Assembly: GCF_030684315.1 (NCBI RefSeq)
Contig: NC_081359.1
Coordinates: 35,040,470-35,104,469 of the forward strand
Length of the DNA: 64,000 nucleotides
From: Stegostoma tigrinum
Taxonomy: Eukaryota
Reading direction: 5' to 3'
Positions 47,111 through 58,120 of this stretch are shown one piece after another (position 1 is the stretch's first letter; every line of letters starts with the position of its first letter). The position numbers and the translations under genes were made by a program. Below the pieces are notes generated by a model. It was not told the DNA's origin, searched no databases, and saw only the letters and a list, made by a program, of their open reading frames with translations.

Positions 47111-50100
47111 TGTGCTCAACTCATCAACCATAATCCCATCTGATAGCCCGTAGCTCACACATTGGACTTGACAACCAGCCCATAAACCATTGACCTGCAG
47201 ATGTAGCAGGTCATCTTTCAAGAGAGATTGCCTAAGCAGGTGTTAAAATTTTCAGAGTCAGAACAATTCTGCCATTTAAAGAGAGTTGTACGTGAATGAT
47301 TAATGCTGGGTTTATTCCAAAATATCACGCGAAAAATTTCTTTGATTAATATTGCTCCTGTGCGGTGTCCACAAAACATTATCTAACAGGATGATATAAC
47401 TCAGTACAGAACAGTGAAAGTACAGATCATATTATTCCTGATAGTGTTTAAAAAAAGCAATATTTAAGAAGCACGTGCCATCTGACCCAAGATCATCAAG
47501 ATTAAACATCTGAGATGCCTCAGTTGAGATTTTCTGTTAATTTGTGCTCAACCTTTATCTTCAAAATTTGCATTTTCCTATCTTCTAATGCCTTATTTTC
47601 ACTATGTTGGAATCTGAAACATTAAAAAAACAGAAAAGCTTTCACAAGCTTTTGATTTGAAACATGTAAACCTAACTTTGGAGATAGACATATTGGTGCT
47701 TTTGTTGAAAGAGCAGGACTAGCACTGCTCTGTCATGTGAAGAATACAATGCTATTGAGCAAAAGAAAAGATAAATACAAACATAATTGAAAATATAATG
47801 CAAAGGATGAGCCAGTGTTGAAAGCAAAGTTAGCTCAAGAAGTTTTGTGCAACATTGAATTTGAGAGTGAGCATATCGAAATTTTTGATATAAAGCTATA
47901 TTGTTAGAGTACTAATTTGAAGAAAGGACGACAAATTATCTCACTCTGATGTATGATGACTGTTGGGTTTCACACATTCTGTGGTAGGTTCCCACATGTA
48001 GTGGAATTGCATGTCATGATACGGAATCATGTGCCATGGAAACTCATGAGTGAGGTACAGCTTTGAATAGAAACTGTTGCTTCTGGCTAAAGTGCTCATG
48101 AATCTAATTCATAATAATTTAATAGGAGCCTGCACCAGCTTGGCATTGCATGGTTGAGAGTAAAGTCAGTCGTTCTCCTGATTTAATTCTCTTGCGTAAT
48201 GGAATGGCGTAGAAGAATAACAATTTATATGGAGGCTTGTGACCAGCAAAGGTGAGGGGCGGTTGTGGAATGGGGTCAGGGCAGGAAGTGGAAGATTGCT
48301 TGAGAGGAGGACAAGGGAGAAGGTCAGGGGAGTGGGAAAAACCTGGCATCCATGGGTGTGGTAGGGGGAATAAATTAAGCTGAATCCAAAAGGGGCCTGA
48401 AGGACATGGAAAATTTTCCACCATTGAATTGCATGTGATTTCCATGGGCTTGCTGGAAGTTGAAATTTTTAATTATAGTTGCATGGCAAATAGAAAATGT
48501 AGTGCTTGGAAGACATGCGCAGTTCTGGTTACACATTAAGACTGGTACACTACTGAACAAATCCCGGCCCAAGAAATGTTGAAGATTGTGATTTTTGCCA
48601 CCTGACATGAAGTAAAGATGCCTTCTGCTGAAGTACCTGAGGATGCAAAGGGTCGAAGGCACCCAAAATAAATTGGTACCTGTGGTTTATCTGTGGCTGA
48701 CCTTACAATATCAGAAACATCCATGTTTGAGAAGGTGATAAATGATCATGTCACTCAAAATTAAATACCGTTGCTTTTTTTGAAACTGTCTGAATTAAAC
48801 AGCATCATAATCTGTTTGAGGGCTTGGGATATTTGGCAGCTAGAGGATGATTGAAGAGCTTGAAGATGAATATTTTTCCAACATTGCTTGTGGGCCGAGT
48901 AGATACAAGATTACTTATTCCCAGGTACCTTAAGTGAACCTTCTGAAGCTATTTTCTTAAAATCATTCTCTACCCAATATCTTCCCTGATCCCAATCCAA
49001 TGAGCAATCTCTCCCTTCCCATGCTGATATCCACAGAATGCCTCCTCGTTTCCCTGTCGGTTTGGATGCACTCCTAGGCCCCTCAAAAAAATTACTTTTC
49101 ACCAATTGCCAGAAATCACCCACACTGGCTATTATGTCCAACCATAAGCATTCCAACCCAGCAAGCAGTCAGTTTCTCAGTTTGGAGAACTGCAGGACTG
49201 GAAATGGAGTGAATGGGCCTTTGTACAAGGTCCAAGCATTAAGTCCAAAATAATCTCTTCAATCCTGGCAGTTTCACATTTCCCAGCTTCAGTTATGCTT
49301 CTTAATTCCCTCTCCACCTGTCCATTAACACTAGAGTTAATGTTACAGATCAATGGTATTTCATCAGAAATGGCTGATGTTCACATGAAAATTGGAAATG
49401 AAATGTATAAGGAAGTGGTTAAGTGATACCCAGTTTGGAAATATGTTGAATCATCCAGGGGTAATTACTGCTGTACTAAGCAGAATATACAGCAGTACTG
49501 GTTGTGCAGAAATGTCATCTGTCCAGTGAACTTTTAAAAGATACATATTGATAAACTTTCACATGATCCCCACGCGAAAGAATATCTTGACATTTGAAAT
49601 TTTCTAAACTTCAAAATTGAACATAGCCGTATACCTTCCTCAAGCAAGTTGAGCAAGAGTCCATGATACTGGGCCTCATAATGCACAATAACATTTATCT
49701 TCACACATTTTCTCCTTTGTTTGCACACATTAAGGAGCAGTTTATTATTTGCAGTAATCAGCTGTAAGTTTTATGTTGAAGTTACACACAAAATGTGCTG
49801 CTGGAATCCTTGCATTTTAACTCTTGTTAACAGTTCTCTGCTCAAGTGTGAATACATCTTCTTAGTAGAGCTCAGCACAAGCTTTCCCACACAATTGTAA
49901 TATTGGGCATGCCACTCAGCAGAAAGAAAGGTGTTGAGTGGCCACCCTAACAGGTAAATTCTATCTTGCTTTGTGAGTCAGAGGTAGAAGTTAAATTTGT
50001 TAGATTAATGATATCCCCATTCTGTTCAAAAATCAAAGAATAGGGTCAGTTTGTTAGGAGTTACAAAGTACACATTTATTATTGTGTTTGATATTCTTTC

Positions 50101-50390
50101 ACCAGCACTCACACATGTGCTACTGCTTACTCATTGGATATGCTATTTGTGAAGGTCCACATTTAAACTTGGCACATGAATAAACTTAAAAACAGACTTT
50201 TAACATTTATGCAAAGCCTGAATATTAATGATGAGTTCAATGTTAGCCTGGCTCTTATGCCAAATTAGAACAGCCAAGTAACATGCCAATAGTCTAGTCA
50301 TCACCTCCAAACCTTTCTTCACTCAGACTTTACCATAACAACTTGGTTAAAAGCCTTACATTATAAGTTACCACTCACTATATATACAAA

Positions 50391-51090
50391 TCATAAGAGT
50401 CATACAGCACAGAAATATGCCCTTCAGTTTAATTCATTCATGCCGGCCAAGTTTCCAAAACTAAGCTGTTACCATTTGCCAGCATTTAGCCCATATCCCT
50501 CTAAAGCCTTCCTGTCCATGTACCTATTAAAGAGTCTTTTAAATGTTGTAACTATGCCTGCATTTACCACTTCCTCTGGCAATTCATTCCACATACAAAC
50601 CACTCTCTCCGTGAAGAAACTGCCTCACAGCTCCCTTTTAAATCATTTCCCTCTCACCTTAAACTTATACCTCTTGATTTAGACACCATGACCCTGGGGG
50701 CGGTGGTAGAAACCTTGGCAATTCAATTTATCCATGCTCCGCATGATTTAATGAGCCTTTATAAGGTCACCTCTCAGCCTCCTCGGCTCTGGAGAACAAG
50801 GCCCCAACCTATCCAGCTTCTTGAGGCAGCTGAGGTTGGTTGGCTCGCTGAGCTGGTTTCTTGTTTCGCAGATGTTTTGTTACCATGCTGGGTAACATCC
50901 TCCGTACAGCCTCTGCTGAAGCATGGGTATGTTTTAGAACTTAGGTATCCAGCTTCTCCTTACAACTCAAGCCTTCCAGTCTCAGTAACTTTATTGTATT
51001 TTTTCTTGCACTCTTTCCAGTTTAATAGTATCCTTCCTATTGCAGGTTGACCAGAATTGCACACAGCAATCCAAATGTGGCCTTACCAAT
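50391..51090 (-). mobile_element. CR1 LINE 3' portion interrupted at 50822-50945
   Basis: Terminal tcataagagtcatacagc; colinear with 30381-33211. Confidence 0.85.
50822..50945 (-). mobile_element. 124-bp mini-PLE of an unrelated family (D) with a hammerhead remnant at 50868-50907
   Basis: Perfect 12-bp TSD TATCCAGCTTCT at 50810-50821 and 50946-50957. Minus strand GTA-CGGAGGA-T-GTTACC-CAGCAT-GGTAAC-AAAA-CA-TC-TGC, with a 6-bp stem II. Confidence 0.75.
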
Positions 51091-51129
51091 GTTTTGGATT
51101 GTTGTAATATGCAGCTTTGATGTCAGGGT

Positions 51130-52200
51130 TTATCACTCTCACCTCACCTCTGGAATTTGCCTCTTTTGTCCAAGTTTTGCTCAAGGTTACAATGAGGTCA
51201 GGAGCTCAGTGACTCTGGCAGAACCCAAACCGGACATCAGCGAGCAAATGCTGCATGTTCGTACTGTTGATGACATGTACCATCATTTTACTGATGATCA
51301 AGCGTAAACTGATGAGTGGGAAGTAGCTGTACTAGATTTGTTCGGCTTCTTTTGCGTACAGGACATGGCTGTGCAATTTTCTACAACATCGCGTAGATGC
51401 CAGTGTCACAGCTATATTGGAGCAACTCAGAAGTACTGGAAAATTGTCCTCAGAGTATCTGTTATTTAATCTCTGGCTTCATTTAACTTCTTGAGATATG
51501 ATAAATCCAGCTCTGGCACATGATCCACCTTCAAGAAAGTCAGTTCCTATAATGCCTCCCTTTTTAATTATGCCTATTTTATCAACTCCTCCACTTTGAA
51601 TCATGTTTGCATTATTCCCGCATCTTCTGCATGTATACACAAGTCACTGAGTACATCTCCAAAAGGCTCAATACGTTCCTTTATCATCGCCTATCTCTTG
51701 AAAATACAGATGAAAGGTTTTTGAATTTTCCTTAAATTTACTGGTCAATATTTTATTGTGTTCTCTTTGTTTTCTGACCACTTCATACTTTTGTCACTAC
51801 ATATTTCTATGCTCAAAGCTTCCTAAAGTAACACTTTGAGATTTTTTCTTCCACCTTATCTCATCCTCTATGCTCTGGATAACCAAGAGATTACACCAGC
51901 CCAGAAACAACCTGTTACTTTGTGGGGACACATCTACACTGTCCCAGCAGAATGCCTCTCACTGGTTTGTCACTGACTTCCTTCAATCAGCCAACTTCTT
52001 CCAAATTTTCTCTCCATTTTGTCATTTGTCCTACTATAAATCTAAATCGACATTTCTTCAATTTAGATCTTTTATTCCTATTTTATCTTTGTCACTTTCC
52101 ACAAAGAAGTTGAATCTCACAGCATAACGATTGCTACTTCCATAATGGTTAGCTACTGCTACTTTATTTAACTACCCAGTTTCATCGATTTAGTCAATTC
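51130..52200 (-). mobile_element. Old LINE ORF2 remnants (CR1 group)
   Basis: Degenerate segments such as aatgaggtcaggagctcagtgactctggcagaacccaaac and agatgccagtgtcacagctata; boundaries uncertain. Confidence 0.45.
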
Positions 52201-52239
52201 TTTACCACAGAAAAATACTGAAGATAGGTTATTAAGCTT

Positions 52240-52405
52240 ACCCAAGGTTGAGATCGACAGTTTTCTAATCAATAAGGACATCAGGGGTTATGGAGAGACA
52301 GTCAGGAAAGCGTAATTGAGGATTATCAGGTCAGCCATGATCTTATCAAATGGTAGGACAGACCTATTGTGCTGATCGGTCTAATTGTGTTCCTATTTCT
52401 TGTGG
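52240..52405 (+). mobile_element. CR1 LINE 3' end fragment
   Basis: aaggttgagatcgacagttttctaatc...tcagccatgatc, similar to 37975-38120. Confidence 0.75.
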
Positions 52406-52989
52406 ACCCCTGCTCCATAGTTTCTGTTTTCAAGATCTCATCCACATTTCTGCTCAAGTCCTTCTTACCAACATGGAACATAATCTCTAACTGATCATAC
52501 TCTGCCAGAAGAATATCCTGCAGTCATTGTACTCCGGCATTGCAGGCAATATTTCACTGCACTCATGGTGATGGCAACAAAAAAAGCCCATCGGATCCCC
52601 TGCCTAAAGAGTATCTTATTACAATTGCTGTTCAATTCTTCTTCCTCTGCTCCACCCCCTCAAAAATAAAAGCAGTTGAGTTGGCAGAAATGCTGTTGTC
52701 TTCGTTCAGGCTGCATACTCCCAAAGAATCTAATAAACTCAGTATTCTCCAGAAATAAATCAGTCTCAACTGAAGAGAAAGCACACAGGACAGTTAGCCA
52801 CAGGTAACACAAAAAAAAGTGCTGGTTAACACCTCATGGAATCAATCCATTTTATGCCAGTCATTGGAGACTATCTTAAGATGGATGTTAAGCCTTTCAG
52901 TTTCTGGACACTTTTTTTGTGTGGATGACTTGTTAAATATAACTGGTAGTCAGGCCATTGACTTTCAACATACCCCTGATCTTTCCCTT

Positions 52990-55600
52990 ATAGAACAATA
53001 AACCAGTTGATGCTGAATTCAACACAGAGCCCTGCACCATCTAATCTTTCCTACAGGTGGGAACATCTTCTCCACGTCCAAACTATCCAGGCCTCTTTGT
53101 ATTCTGTAAATGTCAATCAGATGCCCCTTCATCTTCCTACACTCCATTACGTACAGATCCAGAGTTCTGCAGGAGTCAGTTTTGGGACCACGGCTATTCT
53201 TGTTATACATTTGTGAGGAGACGATGGCCTAATGGCATTATCACCGGACTATTAATCCAGAGACCCAGATAGTGTTCTGGGGACCTGGTTTCGAATCCTG
53301 CCATGGCAGATGGTGGAATTTGAATTCAATAAAATATCTGGAATTAAGGATCTAATGATGACTCTGAATCCACTATCAATTGTCAGAAAAACCCATCTCA
53401 TTCACCTGAGTCCTTATTAAAAGAAAACTGCCATCCTTCCCGGTCAGACCTACATGTGACTCCAGACCCATAGCAATGTGGTTGACTCTCAACTGCCCTC
53501 TGGGCGATTAGGCACTGGCAATAAATGCTGCCTGGCCAGTGATGCCCTGATCCTGTGAATGAATAAAGGAAAAAGCACATTTAAAATCTGGATCCAGAGT
53601 CCTCAACCGCTCTTCAACCGAGACAAAAGTTGACATTGCTGCAGACTTCCTCTTGACCGTCTCCAATACCAACACATCCTTCCATAGATTTGGGGCTAAA
53701 CACTGCTCACAGTATCCAAATGCAGTCTAACGAGACCCTTAGACAGACTCAGCACTCCATCTCTGTTTTTGTATTCTGGCCCTTTTGAAATGAATGCTGA
53801 AATTGGATTTGTCTTCCTGACTGCCACCTGAACCTGTATGTTTACTTTAAGAGAATCCTGAACTAGGACTTTCAAGTTCCTTTGTACTTCAGATTTCTGA
53901 AGTTTTTCCCCATTTAAAAAATAATTTACGCCTCCATTCTTCGTACCAAAGTGCATAACCTTACATTTCCCATACTGCAATTCTTCTTCCACTTCCTGGC
54001 TCACTATCCTACACTATCTAAGTCCTTTGGAAGCCTCCCCACTTCCTCAACATTACTTGTTCCTCACCCTATCTCTGTGTCATCTGCAAATTTAACAAAA
54101 TTGCCCTCAGTTCCTTCGTACAGAGTGTAAATGTATAACATGAATAGTTGTGGTCCCAAAACTGACTCCGGCAAAACTCAACCAGTTACCAACCGCTATC
54201 CTGAAAAAAAACCCTATTTCAACACTCTCTGATTTCAGCCAGTCAGCCAATCTTCTGTCTATTCCTCACCCCTTACACCATGCACTCAACTTATTTTGCA
54301 GCTTCCTATGCAGCGTCTTGTCAAATGTCTTCTGGAAATCAAAACAGATCATGTCTACTGGCTGCCCTTTGTCTCATTTGTTTCTCAAAGAATTCTAACA
54401 GATTTGTCAGGCATAACCTCCCCTTGATGAAGCTGTGCTGATTCAGCCCTATTTTACCATGCACTCCCAAGTACTCTACAATCTGATCCTTAATAAAGAA
54501 CTCTAAAACCTTACAAATGACCCAGGTCAAGGCTAACAGGCCTACAATTTCCTGACTTCTGCCTCCATCCCTTCTCAAACGGGAACGTTACGTTCGCCAT
54601 TTTCCAATTCTACAGGACCCTCTCTAATGCCAGCAATTCTGGGAAAATCACGGCTAACGCTTCCATAATCTTCTCAGCTATCTCATTCAGAATTCTGGTT
54701 TGTAGTCCATCTGGTCCGAGTTATTTATCTGCCTTCAGATCTTTTAGCCTCCCCAGCACCTTCTCCTTCATGACAGCCCTACATCCATTTCTGCCCTGGA
54801 TAGCCTTAAACTTCTGATATGTTGTTGGTTTCTTCCACTGTGAAAACTGATGCAAAGTACCTATTCAGTTCATCTGCTTTGTTCCCCATTACTAGTTCTC
54901 CAACCTCATTTTCCAGTGATCCAATGACTACTCTTACCCCTCTCTTGCCATTTATAAATGTAAAAACACTTGCAATTTTCTTCCTTATTATTAGCTAACA
55001 TATCCTCGTATTTCATCTTCCCTCCTCCCAGCTCCATCAAATGCTTTCTTCTGTTATCCTCTTCTGGTTTTTAGAGAATTCTCAATCCTTTGGCTTCTCA
55101 CTAAACTTCATCACATTGCATGCTTTTTGCTTTTGCTTTTAGGCTGTCCCTGGCTTGCCTTATCATTCACGGTTGCTTCACCCTTCCCTTTGTATGTTTC
55201 TTTGTCTTTGAGATAAATTTTTGCTTTGCTTCCTGAATTACCCTCAGAAACTCCTGCCATTGCTGCTCCAGCATTTTTCAGCTACACTACGTTTCCAATT
55301 GACTCTGGCCATCTCCTAACTCATGTCTTTGTAGTTGCCTTCACTCAATTGTAATGCCATGACATCTGATTCCAGCTTTCCTCTCTTAAGCTGGAGGATG
55401 AATTTTATCATATTATGGTCATCCCACCATGAGGGTTTCTTCATCTTAACCTCCCTAATCAAATATGCTTCATTACACATCACTAAGTCTGGAACTGCCT
55501 GTTCCCTAGTGGGCTTTACCACAAGCTGCTTCAAAAAAAATGTCTTGTTAGACAAGTTAATCTTGAAATCTTCGACCAACCTGTTTTTGCCAGTCCACCT
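52990..55600 (-). mobile_element. CR1 LINE ORF2, ~2.2 kb, decayed; interrupted at 53166-53590
   Basis: PTREQAVPDLV..DDHNMIKF (endonuclease end), QHSFIKGRLCLTNLLEFF, KCKVMHFG and DVEKMFP. Confidence 0.92.
53213..53575 (+). mobile_element. Full-length tRNA-derived SINE
   Basis: A box TGGCCTAATGG, B box GTTTCGAATCC, tail ...ggcaataaatgctgcctggccagtgatgccc..gaatgaataaa; flanked by ACATTT on both sides. Confidence 0.9.
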
Positions 55601-55755
55601 GCGTATTTCTCGTAATAAAATCACATACTTCATTATATTTTTAATTAATTTGTCCAGCCACAACATTACACATATCTGGAGCAGATGGGATTTTAATTAG
55701 CTCTACTTAGTTAGAGACAGAGACAGTACCATTGCATCACAAATGCTCCAAGTTG

Positions 55756-56329
55756 TACTTTATTGCACAATAATAATAGGTACAAGATACATTGTATTTA
55801 ACTCATTAGACTTAATTACTATCAGGAACCCACCATAATAATCTCCATGGGTACGCGTGCTCGATGACTTTCTGTTTTAATCATTCATGCAATGTGGGCA
55901 TCATTGGTTGGACTAGCATTTAGCATCTATCCCTAGTTGCTCCTGAGACAGTGGTGGTGAGCCAGTACCTTCAAGTGCTGAAGTCCCTTTGGCTTGCTTT
56001 CAGGAAGAAGTTCTAAGATTTTGACCCAACAACAGTGAAGGAAGGGCAATATATTTCCATGTCAGAATAGTCCAGGGTTTGAGGGGAAATTGGAGCTGGT
56101 GATATTCCTACTTGTTGTCCTTGATCTTCTAGATAGTAATATTCATAGGTTTGCTTTTATACCCAAAGGCTGTAATGCCATTTGTCTGAGTCACCCTGAT
56201 GCAACATCAATATTAACACTTTTAGAACCATGAACATAAGCAATAACATCCAGACTACTTTATAGCACAATAATAATAGGTGAAAGTTACACTGTATTTG
56301 ACTAGTTAGACATAATTACGAGCAGGAAC
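55756..56329 (+). repeat. 74-bp direct repeat pair (55756-55829 and 56256-56329)
   Basis: Ungapped alignment with about 11 mismatches counted by eye. Confidence 0.85.
55878..56155 (-). mobile_element. 3' end of the same CR1-group LINE as 44400-46760
   Basis: tcattcatgcaatgtgggcatcattggttggactagcatt...ccctagttgctcctgaga is the reverse complement of the shared tail. Confidence 0.7.
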
Positions 56330-57767
56330 ACGCCTTTCAAGACCTTATTTGTAGACATTGACTTCCATAGTGTGCAGCATCACTGGAAATGGTAATAGCC
56401 AATGACTTCTCACCACTTGATTATTATTTCAGCGATCTGCCTATATCAGGATGAACTGTTTGAATGAAGTATTCATTACACCATTATTTAAATCAACCCA
56501 TCAGTTCTGCTGAAGAACCACTGGAAATGGGTGGATGTCGTCGTTAGCTGTTGCCGGTGTTACATGAACAAGCTTCATCATTGACCACCTTGTTGTAAAA
56601 GACTGTCTGCTCTGTTGCTCACTATGAAGTATTGTTGCCACTGTCCTCTTTTAAGGTGGGGACCCACGGGGCTGGGTTGGCCAGTGTAGTGGAGGAAAAT
56701 CACTTGTTGATCTTATGAGAAGAGGCTTTTGCCATACACATGATGTGGTTTATTGCATGTTAGAGACTAAATGCAATTTATATTGATTTGATCAACATTG
56801 TTACAGAAACTGTGAGCAGGACCTAAATAGGATTTCATATTACTTCAAGATCTATCATAGTGAATGGTGTTAACACAATTCTCAGTGTTAAACCTTCTAG
56901 ATCCTTACATCTTCATGCAGCAAAATAGACTGATGCATTGAATTTATTGTAAAATTGAAGGCAGGTACTAATAAATCCATCATACCAAGGCCAATGCAGT
57001 ACTAAATTGCAGGTGGAATGGGCATCTGTCCCAAGCTGATGGACATAAGGAAATCAGATTCTGGTAGTGTCATTAAGATTTGATCCAGTATTTTAGACAA
57101 GCACTCAGCAGGCCTAGCAGCAGCTTGTTCCCCACCAGGGCGGCCAAACGAGTTTTGCTTTTAATTTTTCTATTAATTTCCTTGTTCCTCCAAGGAAACA
57201 TCCTCAATTCACCCCATGTAGCCTGGCCTTCATTCTTGCATCCTGTACAAACCCTTAGGGATTTGTTTCCTGAACCACCGATCTTGAGCCAAGGAGTGCA
57301 CTCAGGAGACTCCAGTAATGGCCTTTTCTTTTCACCATGTAGCCTGGTGCTGAGTTCTGTTCCAATCCCAAACTGAACTGCCAACTCATGTTATGACAGC
57401 AAGAAATTGCATTTTGATTTGGATAAGAACCAGCAATGTTAATCCAGATATTGCAATGGCCAGATAGTCTTTGAAACAGCACAGGGTGGAGTAGCGTCTA
57501 GGGATCTTGAAGAATCACAGATACAGCCGATTCTGCGGGAATTGCTTGAGAAATTGAAGATTCTGCTCAGCAACACATTTATGTCTGAAGGCCTTCAAAA
57601 TAACATTTGATGTCAGAGACTTCAGAGGGCTCTATTTCCATTATGTTAATAACTTTCCGGGAAATGTTTATATTTATATTATAATTAGAAACCTGCTCTA
57701 GCTCTTGCGTAACTACAGAGCTGACACCCCAACTTACCACAAACCCACTCTCTACCCCTTATATTTA

Positions 57768-58120
57768 ATAGACAATTGACAATAGGTGCTGGAGTAGGCC
57801 GTTCGGCCCTTCGAGCCAGCACCACCATTCATTATGATCATGGCTGATCATCCACAATCCTGTTCCTGCCTTATCCCCATAACCCTTGATTCCACTACCA
57901 TTAAGAGCTCAATCTATCTCTTTCTTGAAAGCATCCAGAGAGTTGGCCTCCACTGCCTTCTGGGGCAGAGCATTCCATATATCCACCACTCTCTGGGTGA
58001 AGAAGTTTTTCCTCAACTCTGTTCTAAATGGCCTACCCCTTGTTTTTAAACTGTGTCCTCTGGTTCTGGACTCACCCATCAGCGGAAACATGCTTCCTGC
58101 CTCCAGAGTGTCCAATCTGT
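57768..58120 (-). mobile_element. Relatively young CR1 LINE 3' end
   Basis: ORF 57909-58142 (MFPLMGESRTRGHSL..RKNFFTQRVVDIWNALP); terminal (gacaata)-like microrepeat. Confidence 0.92.
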
